In this document: positions 19,065 through 28,565 of the stretch, in pieces
Numbering within the stretch: position 1 is the first letter of the stretch
Layout: the number at the start of each line of letters is the position of its first letter
Assembly: GCA_018141785.1 (NCBI GenBank)
Contig: CP073341.1
Location: 2,837,261-2,901,260, forward strand
Source of the DNA: Candidatus Paraprochloron terpiosi LD05
GTDB lineage: Bacteria; Cyanobacteriota; Cyanobacteriia; Cyanobacteriales; Prochloraceae
Direction of reading: 5' to 3'
Length of the DNA: 64,000 nt
Notes under the pieces: model-generated
The model's input: only the letters and a program-made list of their open reading frames with translations
What the model was told of the DNA's origin: nothing
Databases searched by the model: none
Position numbers and translations under genes: made by a program

Positions 19065-19816
19065 TAAGGTTGAGATTGATTTTGCTGTTGTTGTTGGAGA
19101 GATTGTATAAATCGGATAGATTCGGACGATGGTATTATTACCATATTCCGTAGTGCATCATTTTCTTTTTGGTCGAAAGCTCCCATGAGAGACTCTAAAG
19201 GCACCACATTAATTTCTACATTTGAAGCTAATTCTGGCTTTTGCTCCTTGAATTTGGCCACAATGGCATCTAGTTGTTCTTTTTCAAAGAATAAAGGAAT
19301 CAATTCTCGATCTCCTTCGCTATAGGTTAGATATCCTTGTTCTTTTACCGTCGCAAAAAATAGCGGAACGCCCAGATATTGAGGCACATCTCGCTCTTGA
19401 TTCTGGAAAACATTCACAGCATACTGAATCTGCTGCCGCATCGGCACAAAACTAAAATTGGGGCTATCGAGCTGGTTGTCATTGTCCTTAATTTTCTTAT
19501 AAACCTCTGATAGGGGCACAACGACGATGCCCACGTCTTCAGCCAGTTCTGGATCTGTTTCCTTGACCTTTTCTAAAGCTGCCTGAGCATCTCGGGCGCT
19601 CAGATACATATAGGCTACCGTGCTGTCGTCTTCCCTGGAAACTACCAGAAAAGCACCTTGATTATTGGTGATTGTAAAAATTGGCACTTCTTGCAGCTTT
19701 TGGATCACTTGTTCTTGTGGTAAAGATAAGCCAGGCAGACTTTGACCCAAAACCGAACCTATTACCACACTGCTGATTAAACCTAGAGTTGCACGCCAAC
19801 GAAAAAATGATTTCAT
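19064..19816 (-). CDS. Tic22-like periplasmic/thylakoid chaperone family protein
   Basis: The track ORF is 19064..19855. MKSFFRWRATLGLISSVVIG looks like the signal-peptide start (19816). There are two Tic22-like repeats (VPIFTITNNQG..., VPLFFATVKEQG...). Confidence 0.75.
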   Translation of the reverse strand: MKSFFRWRATLGLISSVVIGSVLGQSLPGLSLPQEQVIQKLQEVPIFTITNNQGAFLVVSREDDSTVAYMYLSARDAQAALEKVKETDPELAEDVGIVVVPLSEVYKKIKDNDNQLDSPNFSFVPMRQQIQYAVNVFQNQERDVPQYLGVPLFFATVKEQGYLTYSEGDRELIPLFFEKEQLDAIVAKFKEQKPELASNVEINVVPLESLMGAFDQKENDALRNMVIIPSSESIRFIQSLQQQQQNQSQP

Positions 19817-19818
19817 AA

Positions 19819-20160
19819 TTACTTCAACCGTGATAAAGTTCTGAACACACCCCATCTAAATCCGGGATTATATCTGGTAATTAATTCACCAAAAACCCAC
19901 AAACTCGCTGAAAGAGCCCTGATAGCATCCTCACTTTTAAAAAACAAATCAATTTTCGTACCAGTCCCATTCTCGTTCCCAGTTGACACAAACTTATTCA
20001 GCCTATCAAGAATGGTATAAACAGGCACTGATTGTAATTTTTGGACAATTACCTCCTCAGGTATTGAGAGCGCAGGTATAGGAGGACAACCAAGGATCGA
20101 GCCCAAAACACTAATCAAGAGCCAACTCTGGCTGACATTCCTAGTAAGTAGAGACTTCAT
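19819..20160 (-). CDS. Short Tic22-like N-terminal paralog (possibly a remnant)
   Basis: MKSLLTRNVSQSWLLISVLG...SIPEEVIVQKLQSVPVYTILD parallels the N-terminus of the downstream Tic22-like gene. The upstream part of the track ORF is tRNA-Pro read-through. Confidence 0.4.
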   Translation of the reverse strand: MKSLLTRNVSQSWLLISVLGSILGCPPIPALSIPEEVIVQKLQSVPVYTILDRLNKFVSTGNENGTGTKIDLFFKSEDAIRALSASLWVFGELITRYNPGFRWGVFRTLSRLK

Positions 20161-20186
20161 ACTGACCAATGACCTCCCAGGACGAA

Positions 20187-20260
20187 TCGGGATGACAGGA
20201 TTTGAACCTGCGACATCCTGCTCCCAAAGCAGGCGCGCTACCAAGCTGCGCTACATCCCG
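20187..20260 (-). tRNA. tRNA-Pro (anticodon UGG)
   Basis: CGGGATGTAGCGCAGCTTGGTAGCGCGCCTGCTTTGGGAGCAGGATGTCGCAGGTTCAAATCCTGTCATCCCGA folds as a cloverleaf. The anticodon loop is TTTGGGA. No encoded CCA. Confidence 0.95.
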
Positions 20261-20322
20261 TAATCTTCTTGCTACTAGTATAACTAAATCTTCTCCTTCT
20301 GTCAACTAGGAGCAAAAAAAAA

Positions 20323-20877
20323 TTAATTTGGATACCAAAACATGCTTTTAATTCCCTCCGGGTCAAGCACAAACCCCAGTCTGCGATAGAAATTTACCAC
20401 TTGAGGATCGGCGAAGAGAGTAATATTGCTAATATCCTCTGCCCGAAGTTTTTCAATGGCGTACTTCATCAGAGCCTTACCCAGTCCTTTATTTTGAAAA
20501 TCAGGATCGATAGCCACATCCCAAATAGTGGCATTGAAAGCCCGATCAGACGTAGCGCGGGCAAAACCGATTAAACGGCGTCTTTTCCCCCGCACTTCCC
20601 ACATAGAAACAACCAAAAAACTGTACCTTATTGCTTTTCTGACCTTGCGGAGGGGACGACGAGCCCAACCAACGCGATCACATAGTTCTTCCAAATCGTA
20701 AAGGTCAATATCGGGATCCGTACTCACAACAATGCGACGTTCGTTCACAGGGCGACCCTGGCTTTGCCCGGATCCGCGCGATGCGGTATAATAAGTGAGA
20801 AGTTCCTCCTCTAAGTTTTTGTTATGATCGGTTGAGAATGCATCAGAATTGCTAAACAATCTTTTCCAAAAACTCAT
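20323..20877 (-). CDS. GNAT family N-acetyltransferase
   Basis: 184 aa. [35 protein letters not shown]...FYRRLGF. Confidence 0.8.
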   Translation of the reverse strand: MSFWKRLFSNSDAFSTDHNKNLEEELLTYYTASRGSGQSQGRPVNERRIVVSTDPDIDLYDLEELCDRVGWARRPLRKVRKAIRYSFLVVSMWEVRGKRRRLIGFARATSDRAFNATIWDVAIDPDFQNKGLGKALMKYAIEKLRAEDISNITLFADPQVVNFYRRLGFVLDPEGIKSMFWYPN

Positions 20878-20944
20878 GCAATGTGGCCCGAGTTATAGAC
20901 TTATTTGTCCTCGGAAAGTCATCCGGAGACCTAAATAGTAGCAC

Positions 20945-21141
20945 AAAGTGTCTAGCATATTCTCCTATGGGTAGTGGGTCACTCGTTCAGGTAGGAATCG
21001 GTTGTCCAGCTTTCAGGCCCTTATCGGGCGCTTAAATTGACTTGTCCGATGTCCCGGAAACCAGGCCCCTGCTTATGTTTTGCTTGCGCCGCGCTCTCTG
21101 CGAGTCTCCGAGCGGCTACTTTCACAGGGAACGAGCCGCAC
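20945..21141 (-). mobile_element. Group II intron 5' fragment, family A (A9)
   Basis: Minus strand GTGCGGCTCGTTCCCTGTGAAAGT[P4]CGCGGCGCAAGCAAAACATAAGCAGGGGCC...GGGACATCG is colinear with the first ~200 nt of intron A1. Confidence 0.6.
21088..21116. repeat. Mini-palindrome P4
   Basis: GCCGCGCTCTCTGCGAGTCTCCGAGCGGC. It is absent from the same position in A1 (GTGAAGGTCGCGGCG). Confidence 0.7.
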
Positions 21142-21390
21142 AGGTCGGTATACTCATCCATAGGTAAAGAATACATAACAGCTATATGTCTTATCCTAAC
21201 ACTGTTCTTTTTTCATTTAGGATTGCTATATGAAGTCGTCAAGAAGAAATAAGAGCAATGATAAAATTGATTGACAGGGAAATTATCTTGATTACTAGAA
21301 GAGTCTTGAGTGCAGTTCTTGTTTGCTACCTGCAACAATGAATTATTATAGTAATAAGCTTGTACAGTAAAAGCGCGATAAGCTTGCTTT

Positions 21391-21768
21391 ATGTTGTTAA
21401 AGAAATTAAGACTTAAGAAGTCGGATAAGAGTTACTTAGTTGAGGAGAATAAACCGATGCTACACCGCAAGATTTATCAAATGTGTGCAGATGGTCGTGA
21501 AGTTTGTATTTTCTTGCGGGATCAGCTTCGCTGGATCGAAGATGCTCGCATTATCGATCTTGAAGGAGATCTAGTTACGGTCCGATATGAAACAGAGGAA
21601 GATGATGAAATTAGTTCCTGGGAAGAAATGGTGCGTTTGGAAAGCATAGGTTCTGTAAGTCAAAAGCTAGCTTCCGTCTCCAGATTTAATTTTGATCCAA
21701 CCATTGCCGATGATTGTCCTGAAGCGGAACAAATTCACCCTCATTATCCCCAATCCAACCAAGATTAA
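21391..21768 (+). CDS. Hypothetical protein (acidic, small)
   Basis: 125-aa ORF. An internal MLHRKIYQMCADGREV (21457) may be the true start. No family recognised. Confidence 0.45.
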   Translation: MLLKKLRLKKSDKSYLVEENKPMLHRKIYQMCADGREVCIFLRDQLRWIEDARIIDLEGDLVTVRYETEEDDEISSWEEMVRLESIGSVSQKLASVSRFNFDPTIADDCPEAEQIHPHYPQSNQD

Positions 21769-21889
21769 TCCCAGGGTTCAGCTATCAACCAATTATACTA
21801 GCTAGAAACGAAGCTATGTAATATTGACTCTCTCCATCAGCCCAAAAGCTTACTCTCAAAGGGGTATATTGAAAGCTGAATGCTTACAT

Positions 21890-22012
21890 TCAGTGAGCAG
21901 AGCCGTTGCCATGGTAATTATCAGAGTCGTAAAATCCATTCTTAGTAGCAAAAAATAAGGAAGATAGGATAAAAAGACCAGTTAAAATTGGCAACACTAA
22001 TTTGATTTCCAT
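21890..22012 (-). CDS. Possible 40-aa single-TM protein
   Basis: Own translation: MEIKLVLPILTGLFILSSLFFATKNGFYDSDNYHGNGSAH*. Below the track's length cutoff. Hydrophobic helix plus a polar tail. Confidence 0.3.
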   Translation of the reverse strand: MEIKLVLPILTGLFILSSLFFATKNGFYDSDNYHGNGSAH

Positions 22013-22054
22013 AGGTTTGACTTACTTCTTCTTCTATCTGTTTGGTGATAGCTG

Positions 22055-22269
22055 GACGGGTCGAAGGAGTTCCTCGCGGGACCCCAGCTCACGCAGTCAG
22101 AACCGGACGTGAAAGTTTCCATTCATCACGGCTCCTATGACCTGCGGGTGTCACCCAATTGTTACATTCGAAGGGTTGGGGTGAACCAACCGCCCCTGTG
22201 CTTAGAACCGTGCGTGAGCTCCGGTTTATTCTTGGCTTACGCCGCGATTTCGCCAGAAATGAATCGCCC
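22055..22269 (-). mobile_element. Family B mini-intron mosaic (B2)
   Basis: Minus strand GGGCGATTCATTTCTGGCGAAATCGCGGCGTAAGCCAAGAATAAAC, then a family-E-like domain V half, then domain V GAGCCGTGATGAATGGAAACTTTCACGTCCGGTTCT, then ...CTCCTTCGACCCGTC. Confidence 0.55.
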
Positions 22270-22271
22270 TA

Positions 22272-24765
22272 ATTAGAGTCGAGGGAGATGTTGCCACCTC
22301 GCCCCTCTCCTACGAACTGTACGTGAGACTTTCACCTCATACAGCTCAGGTGCTCCTATGTCTTCACGACGCGCTTTACGAGTCCGTCCTTAATGCGCTT
22401 GCGATGTATTGCTTGCGCCTGGTGACATTCTCGGTGGAGGGCAACTAGATTCTTGGGTTTCCAGTTGTTATGATTGCCGTCTTTGTGGTGCAACTCCACA
22501 GCTCCATCCCTCTCCATGAACTTACGGTTGCAATGCGGACACGTACCCTTCTGTCGCTTAATGGCGTTAGCGGTTGGGCCACTATATAGTTTAGAGTTGC
22601 GACCGACCCAATAGGAAATATTCCCATTGAAGGGTGAGGCATCACCTTTGACCATTACGTGGTCATTGACTTTCCAGGGAACTGAGGGAAAGGCTTTCTC
22701 TATCTGGGCTATTGTAAGTTGGCGTTTTGCTGCTCCTACTAGGGGTTTCCCTTTGATAGCCAGACGTCTTGCTTTCTCCGCTTCCTTAATTGCCATCCTG
22801 CGTTTTTCAGCCCTCAGCTTACGCCATACCCAGTGACTGAGTGACCATAGCGAGTGCTTGTTCATGTCGCAGTTTTTGTGGTACTGCCTCCAACCTCGGA
22901 CTTGTGACTCTATCCTTTTCAGGCGAGCATCCGTGGTTGCGCCATTCTTCCAAGTGGTCTTTATCTTGGCCTTGATGTCCGCATAATTCTCAGAGCTCGG
23001 TGTAGATTTGAAGACTCCACGGGAATTGACACGGAAGCGCCACCCCAGGAAATCGAACCCATCCGTAGCTTTACTCACCTTAGTCTTAGTTTCGTTAATT
23101 CGTAGCCCTCTGGACTTTAGGAATTCATCGATATTCTCCCGTAGCCTCTTGGTATCAGCTCCGGGTTTACAGATAAAGACCGCATCATCTGCGTAACGTA
23201 TACCCCTTATGAGAGTGCCACCTTGGCGTCTCCTTTTCCATTGATTCAACCCCAGGTTCTCAAATCCATCTAGAGCGATATTGGCCAGTAGAGGTGAGAT
23301 AACCCCACCTTGGGGGGTACCCTTCATACTGGAGGGATATTCACCACGAACGCCTGCTTTTACAGCTTTCTTTAACCCCTTTAGAGCTTCGATTGGTAAG
23401 ATTACTCCATTGAGCATGACCTTGTGGTCAATTTCGTCAAAGCATTTACTGATATCTGTTTCCAGAATCAGCTTGTCTTTACCATTTGCTTGGCTGTTTA
23501 GGTTCACGAAAATCAGCTTTTGTGCGTCCGCAGTACAGCGACCGGGTCTGAAGCCGTAGCTCCGTTCTCCGGCGGTTGCTTCGTAGGCAGGCTCGGCTGC
23601 TAACTTAAGCAGTGCTTGCCATGCCCTGTCGGCCATTGTAGGGATGCCTAATCCCCTTGTTTTGCCGTTTGGCTTCGGGATATTTACCCTTCTTAGTTGC
23701 TGGTGTTTCCAGTGGTACCAGTGCTTATTCAGCCTTTGGCATAACACTAGACGCTCATTGGTAGAAAGCGCTGTTTTTCCATCAACTCCGGGGGACTTAC
23801 GCCCTGTGTTCAGCTGTGTTACTTGTTTGACGGCCAGAGCTTGAGCTGCACGACTCTGTAATAGGAGCCGTTGTAAACGTTTGACTTTGGCTTTGTGCTT
23901 GTCCTTTTGCGCTTTGAAGATACTCCGCTGTAACCGAAATACCTGACCTCGAAATCTCTTCCATGGCAGGTCTTTCCAGACATCGTCAGCCTTCCGGCCA
24001 ATCTTCCCCGCCATTAGCAGAACTGCTAGGTGGAGCCTCAAGGCTTTTAGACTGCGGTATTCGATTGGAGTCTGGTTAGTGATATTCACAGTTTTGACCT
24101 TCATTAGTCGCTCTGATAATTACATTGGGTATCTTCTCTGTAGAAACCATCAGGCAGTTACGCCTTCTCTTACCCTCGCTCTTCCGGTAGGCCGTTAATC
24201 GGGCGACCCCACCATCTCACATATCAGGGCTTGGAATCCCTTGTTTTAATGGAGGTTGAGCGAGTTTTTACTCGTTCCGAATGACCTATTGTTACGAACC
24301 CTTGGGACTCATCCTTTGACCTATCACCAACTCAGGAATGTAAATATGCTCCACGGATTTTACGAGTTTCTTTCGGTGTCTTTTCTGCTCTATAGCGGCT
24401 TGGCAGTGTCTCTCGTTAGGTCTTTTCACTGATGATTCACGTTGTTATCCCGGTGTTCTCCCTATTAGCGGCGTAACCATCGAACCGCTCGATAGTCCGG
24501 TCCCGCCCTGCTGCCAGCTTCAGCCTGATGATTAATCTCACTGTGGCCAGATAAGGATTCACATGATTCCTTCATGGGAGAGGCTTGGTAACACGATTTC
24601 TGGCCGTGCCCTCACTCTCATAGTTCATTCAGTTGTCAGGGTTCGGTATCGTTTGTCCGTTTTCGTCCCTTTCGGTGGTTTAGATTATCGGAGACGTTGT
24701 CCCGGGAACCCTGCTCCTGCTTATGTTTGGCTCACGCCGCGACCTTCACAGGAAACGAGCCGCAC
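22272..24765 (-). mobile_element. Full-length group II intron, family A (A1), with an intact IEP
   Basis: The 5' end is GTGCGGCTCGTTTCCTGTGAAGGTCGCGGCGTGAGCC (from 24765). Domain V is GAGCTGTATGAGGTGAAAGTCTCACGTACAGTTCG (about 22313..22347). The 3' end is ...CCCTCGACTCTAAT at 22272. No mini-palindrome insertions. Confidence 0.9.
22356..24104 (-). CDS. Group II intron reverse transcriptase/maturase with a C-terminal HNH endonuclease domain
   Basis: 582 aa. RT motifs (GTPQGGVISPLLANI, IRYADDAVF), a maturase region, and HNH (CPHCNRKF...ELHHKDGNHNNW...LHRECH). Confidence 0.95.
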   Translation of the reverse strand: MKVKTVNITNQTPIEYRSLKALRLHLAVLLMAGKIGRKADDVWKDLPWKRFRGQVFRLQRSIFKAQKDKHKAKVKRLQRLLLQSRAAQALAVKQVTQLNTGRKSPGVDGKTALSTNERLVLCQRLNKHWYHWKHQQLRRVNIPKPNGKTRGLGIPTMADRAWQALLKLAAEPAYEATAGERSYGFRPGRCTADAQKLIFVNLNSQANGKDKLILETDISKCFDEIDHKVMLNGVILPIEALKGLKKAVKAGVRGEYPSSMKGTPQGGVISPLLANIALDGFENLGLNQWKRRRQGGTLIRGIRYADDAVFICKPGADTKRLRENIDEFLKSRGLRINETKTKVSKATDGFDFLGWRFRVNSRGVFKSTPSSENYADIKAKIKTTWKNGATTDARLKRIESQVRGWRQYHKNCDMNKHSLWSLSHWVWRKLRAEKRRMAIKEAEKARRLAIKGKPLVGAAKRQLTIAQIEKAFPSVPWKVNDHVMVKGDASPFNGNISYWVGRNSKLYSGPTANAIKRQKGTCPHCNRKFMERDGAVELHHKDGNHNNWKPKNLVALHRECHQAQAIHRKRIKDGLVKRVVKT

Positions 24766-24785
24766 GTAGAGTCGAGATAGGTAGA

Positions 24786-24811
24786 CCCCCGCCATTAATC
24801 AATGCCGGGGG
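24786..24811. repeat. Mini-palindrome P1 (26 nt)
   Basis: Exact copy. It replaces the loop TTACAGG found in C1 (ggtagaccc-ttacagg-ttttccccc). Confidence 0.85.
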
Positions 24812-25031
24812 TTTTCCCCCTCACAGTACCGGGCGTGCAACTTTACAACTCTGTTGAACGGGGAACATTGGGCCTCAAGTCCAAGTTTCGGATTACAAAT
24901 CCTATACAAGCGGATTTGCTTTACGTTTCACCCATTCCTACGTCAGCTGCTTCGCAATCCCATTACTGGTTTCCTACGGCGATTGCCGACCCTGTGGAGG
25001 TTTACTCGTTCCGCAATAGTTAGATTCATCC

Positions 25032-25059
25032 GGGACGCCTTCGGCGGCACCTTCGGTGT
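25032..25059. repeat. Mini-palindrome P2
   Basis: GGGACGCCTTCGGCGGCACCTTCGGTGT. It is absent at the homologous site of C1. Confidence 0.75.
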
Positions 25060-25452
25060 TAGGCTGCTCCTTACCCCGACGGCTTGGTGTCTACTTGATA
25101 AAAGTAACAATTTATCTTTCAATTGCCGCATGCCTTAACTTTCTGAATATTTATTCAGAAAGTTGCCAATGGGACTAGACGGCTAGTCCACTAACTACTG
25201 CGATTGTCTAGTCGCACGCTACTATACTATATAGTACCCTATTTTATCACAAAGATACCAAATTTGGCAACCCGACGAGGGAAAATTATCTCGCCTTGAG
25301 TTTGCCGACCGGCTCTAAACTAGGTCAATCAGAAGACAGCCCAGTACTCCAACCATAATATTTGATTTGGTTGGTGGTGTAGGGCGAGTGAGTCGAGGTC
25401 GAGGTGCATCCCCTGACCAATGCTGAAAGCGAGGGAAGGGGATAGCGCCGAG

Positions 25453-26045
25453 GAGCGGGTCGAAGGAGTCCATCACTGATTGCGTAAGCAACCGCGTAAG
25501 CGTCCCACAGCTCACGCAGTCAGAACCGGACGGGACACTTTCCCATCATCCTGCTCCTATGACCTACGGTTGCTAAAACCCTTGACAAATTCTGTTATCA
25601 TGTTTGGTACCTTTTGACGGTTAGATAACTTTGGTTGTCTTTCCCTTACTTCCCTTTACTTTGCTTGGCGTGTTGCGGGTTTTTTGGAGAGATTTTATTT
25701 AACGTGCATATCATTCGTCACTACCCATGGGTGTGCAGTATTGTTCCCTTCAGGGAACAAATGCCTTTGCGTTTCCAGTTCAGTTCCGGTTCTCGGTCAT
25801 TGTGGGCAATTGTTTCCGCTATTACCAACTTATGTTTCGTTCCCACGTACTGATACCGTCGGTCGGGTAAGGGACGCTAACGCGGGACGCCAAGGGCGGT
25901 TGCTTACGCAAAGCTTGCGCAATCAGCTCCTATTCAGGAAATCCATTTTTCAGCCTCTTTCGAGGCTTAGATTTAACGGGGGCTGCTTACCCAAGCTCCG
26001 ATTTATTTTTGGCATTGCTGCGATTTCGCCGGAAACGAATCGCCC
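25453..26045 (-). mobile_element. Family B ORF-less intron, internally deleted (B3)
   Basis: The 5' end is GGGCGATTCGTTTCCGGCGAAATCGCAGC. A degenerate domain V reads GAGCAGGATGATGGGAAAGTGTCCCGTCCGGTTCT. The 3' end is ...GGACTCCTTCGACCCGCTC. Confidence 0.6.
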
Positions 26046-26083
26046 ACGAACAATGTACACGTTGTGGCACAATGTAGACATGC

Positions 26084-26386
26084 GTGCGGCTCGTTTCCTG
26101 TGAAGTCGAGGCTTAGGCCACATATAAACAGAGACTTGGTTTAACGTTAATGGCGTCTGAACAGCGGTTAGAGACCCTTCAATAGGGAAAAAAAAATACC
26201 TCAAAGGGATAACAAAGTGAACGTGAAGGCTAAAAACTGGAGACAATCTAAATGGGGAAACCCGCTGAAAACTCACAGCAATTCTGCCTGACCCGCGAGA
26301 TTAACGAGTGAAATAGGGAATATTCGCACCCGGGGCGGATTCTAAACAGAACCCTACAGGTAGTAATAACCGAACCTTGACAAGGA
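26084..26386 (+). mobile_element. Group II intron 5' fragment, family D (D4)
   Basis: GTGCGGCTCGTTTCCTGTGAAGTCGAGGCTTAGGCCACATATAAAC...CGTGAAGGCTAAAAACTGGAGACAATCTAAATGGGGAAACCCGCTGAAAAC. It is truncated at ...CCGAACCTTGACAA, where the GT39 fragment begins. Confidence 0.55.
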
Positions 26387-26643
26387 AACTGCCGTCAGCA
26401 ATGCTCTGGGTAAGCCAGTAGTCCATTCATTAACTGTGTGTCAACCCCAGCCAGAGCATAGGTAAGAGCAATCAATTCGTGGATTAGGGGAGGCTTATTC
26501 AGATATGGTTCTCTACCAAAAGTGGGAAACAGCAAGCCTTGAAAATCCCCCTTCACTGAAATTTCTTGAGCAACCTGCGCTACCGTACCTTCATCCCAAT
26601 CTCGCAGCGGTAAACTTCCAAGATTAATCCCAAATGAGAGCAA
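26387..26643 (-). pseudogene. Inverted duplicate of the 5' region of the GT39 gene (fragment)
   Basis: LSFGINLGSLPLRDWDEGTVAQVAQEISVKGDFQGLLFPTFGREPYLNKPPLIHELIALTYALAG corresponds to residues ~35-100 of ORF 28566..30185. About 88-90% nt identity by eye. Confidence 0.7.
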
Positions 26644-26645
26644 TG

Positions 26646-28544
26646 TTAATTCGACTGGCTATTTACAGGAGCAGCAATTGGGACTTCCTCAACTGTCGGC
26701 AACTTTTCTAACACCAGACGAGAAGACTGGGTATCGCCGGAAAGGCGTTTGAGCAATTTCGGTCTGGGATCGTGCAACAGATAAATAATCTCATCCCCAG
26801 CAAGCCATTCTTCCCCCGCTTTAACCACTTGTAGGTAAGACCTCTTCATCAGCAAAGGTAACAGTTCTCCAGAACGAATCAAAGCTTGTAGATGGGCTTG
26901 TTGAAAGGACAATCCCTGTTCCTTGAGTATTGTTGTTCCTAACTTAACTTGTCCATCCTTAATATATTGATTCCAAATTTTAATAGGTAATTCTGCAATA
27001 AAAGCATGACATATCTTGTTGTTATTATTATTAGTATCATATTGTTTTGGGAATACAGCGAGGACGCGAGGAGGCTGGAATTCTTCAACTGCGCGCTGGG
27101 CCAAAACTGAATTAACTTCCTCATTACTTGTGAGTGCCATAAAAGTTCCCATAGATTCAATCCCAGCCTCTTCAAGAATATTCAGGTCAAGACCGCTGCT
27201 CTGAAAAACTCGCAGGTTTTCCGCTTCTGCTTTTTGACAAGCTTCAGGGTCAGTATCAATCAAAACTACGGATTGTTGTTGTTCTTGGAACAGGCGAGCA
27301 ATCAAGCGAGTTAAGGGATTGCAACCGATAATTACCGCGCCTGTTGCATTACAATTGGTAATTTTCAACCAGCTTGCTACCCAACGGGCTGAAAGTCCTT
27401 GGATAAAAACGGTCATGATGATGGTCAGAAAAACCAGTGCTTTAATGGAGTCGCCACCGTTTAACCCCCGCTGTGTCAGCAGGATAGCAAATAAGGAAGA
27501 CACGGAAACAGAGACAATTCCTTTGGGTGCTACCCATGCTAAAAATAACTTCTGCCGCCAATTCATGCCACTTTTTAAAGTACACAAGCCAATGCTGAAG
27601 GGGCGAATCAAAAACATCAGAATCAATACTGTAAAAAGACCGCCCCAACCTAAGACAAAAATACTGGCAATGGAGAGGTCGGCGGCTAGGAGTATAAATA
27701 ATACTGAGGCACAGAGAACGGTCAATTGTCCCTTAAATCGTCTGAGCAGTCTTTCTTCTGGAATTGAGGCAGCTCTCAGGACTATCCCGGCGACTACCAC
27801 TGCCATCAATCCAGACTCACTGCGGCTAATTTGCGCAAAACCATATATACCCCATACTCCGGCTAAAACGACGAGGTTTTTCAGATCTTCGTCCAGAAAG
27901 TTAGCCCTCTTAAGAATTAAGCTGAGTAACCAACTACTCCCTGCACCAATGATAGCTCCAATTCCCAACCGCAACAGCAGATCGCTGACTATTTCTAAGA
28001 GCGCAGCATTACTATTCAAAATGGTATTGAGCACAACAACTGCTAAAATTGCTCCAACTGGATCAATGAGAACTCCTTCTCCCTCTAGCAAGGTAGCCAC
28101 TTTTCGGTCTACCGGCACTTGTTTTAGCAAGGGACCGATGACCGTAGGTCCGGTGACGACGACTAAAGAAGCATAGAGAAAGGCAATTGGCCAAGGGAAT
28201 TCTGCTAGCCAGTGAGCCGCCATGCCGCCGCCAATTAAAGTGATGAGGGTTCCTACTGTAACTAGATTGCGCAGGCTGCCGGACACTTTACCCAAATCCC
28301 GTAATTGTAGATTGAGCCCGCCATCAAAGAGTATGATGGCAACGGAAAGAGCTATGATCGTTTCTAAACCTACACCGAGGCTGTGAGGATTGAGGAGGTT
28401 GAAACAGTCGTGACCCAGTAGAATCCCAAACAGCAGCAAAAAGACGATACTCGGTACTTTGAGGTATTCTGCGATCACCTGGGCGCTAATGCCTGCCAGG
28501 ACTGCGATGACTATCTGGATGCTCAGTTCAAATGATTCTTCCAT
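26646..28544 (-). CDS. CPA1-type cation/proton (Na+/H+) antiporter with a C-terminal RCK/TrkA-like domain
   Basis: 632 aa. About 12 TM helices, then GAVIIGCNPLTRLIARLF (Rossmann-like) and a TrkA-C-like tail. Confidence 0.85.
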   Translation of the reverse strand: MEESFELSIQIVIAVLAGISAQVIAEYLKVPSIVFLLLFGILLGHDCFNLLNPHSLGVGLETIIALSVAIILFDGGLNLQLRDLGKVSGSLRNLVTVGTLITLIGGGMAAHWLAEFPWPIAFLYASLVVVTGPTVIGPLLKQVPVDRKVATLLEGEGVLIDPVGAILAVVVLNTILNSNAALLEIVSDLLLRLGIGAIIGAGSSWLLSLILKRANFLDEDLKNLVVLAGVWGIYGFAQISRSESGLMAVVVAGIVLRAASIPEERLLRRFKGQLTVLCASVLFILLAADLSIASIFVLGWGGLFTVLILMFLIRPFSIGLCTLKSGMNWRQKLFLAWVAPKGIVSVSVSSLFAILLTQRGLNGGDSIKALVFLTIIMTVFIQGLSARWVASWLKITNCNATGAVIIGCNPLTRLIARLFQEQQQSVVLIDTDPEACQKAEAENLRVFQSSGLDLNILEEAGIESMGTFMALTSNEEVNSVLAQRAVEEFQPPRVLAVFPKQYDTNNNNNKICHAFIAELPIKIWNQYIKDGQVKLGTTILKEQGLSFQQAHLQALIRSGELLPLLMKRSYLQVVKAGEEWLAGDEIIYLLHDPRPKLLKRLSGDTQSSRLVLEKLPTVEEVPIAAPVNSQSN

Positions 28545-28565
28545 AGATAAAGATCGTAGCAGGGG

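Larger units (their letters stand above)
24766..25217 (-). mobile_element. Degenerate family C intron (C2), abutting the 5' end of A1
   Basis: The 5' end GTGCGACTAGACAATCGCAGTAGTTAGTGGAC and the 3' end ...CCTATCTCGACTCTAC match C1. The 5' half of domain V is deleted. P1 replaces the domain VI loop, and P2 is inserted relative to C1. Confidence 0.65.

Noticed and set aside
24563-26276. Short ORFs on both strands (24563..24769, 24802..25138, 25315..25515, 25635..26276)
   Set aside because: All fall in the structured RNA domains of introns A1, C2, B3 and D4. The same 'peptides' recur wherever the intron RNA recurs.
27319-28176. 285-aa plus-strand ORF
   Set aside because: It lies entirely antisense to the 632-aa antiporter gene. 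It is low-complexity and Arg/Ser/Thr/Pro-rich, which is typical of a shadow ORF.
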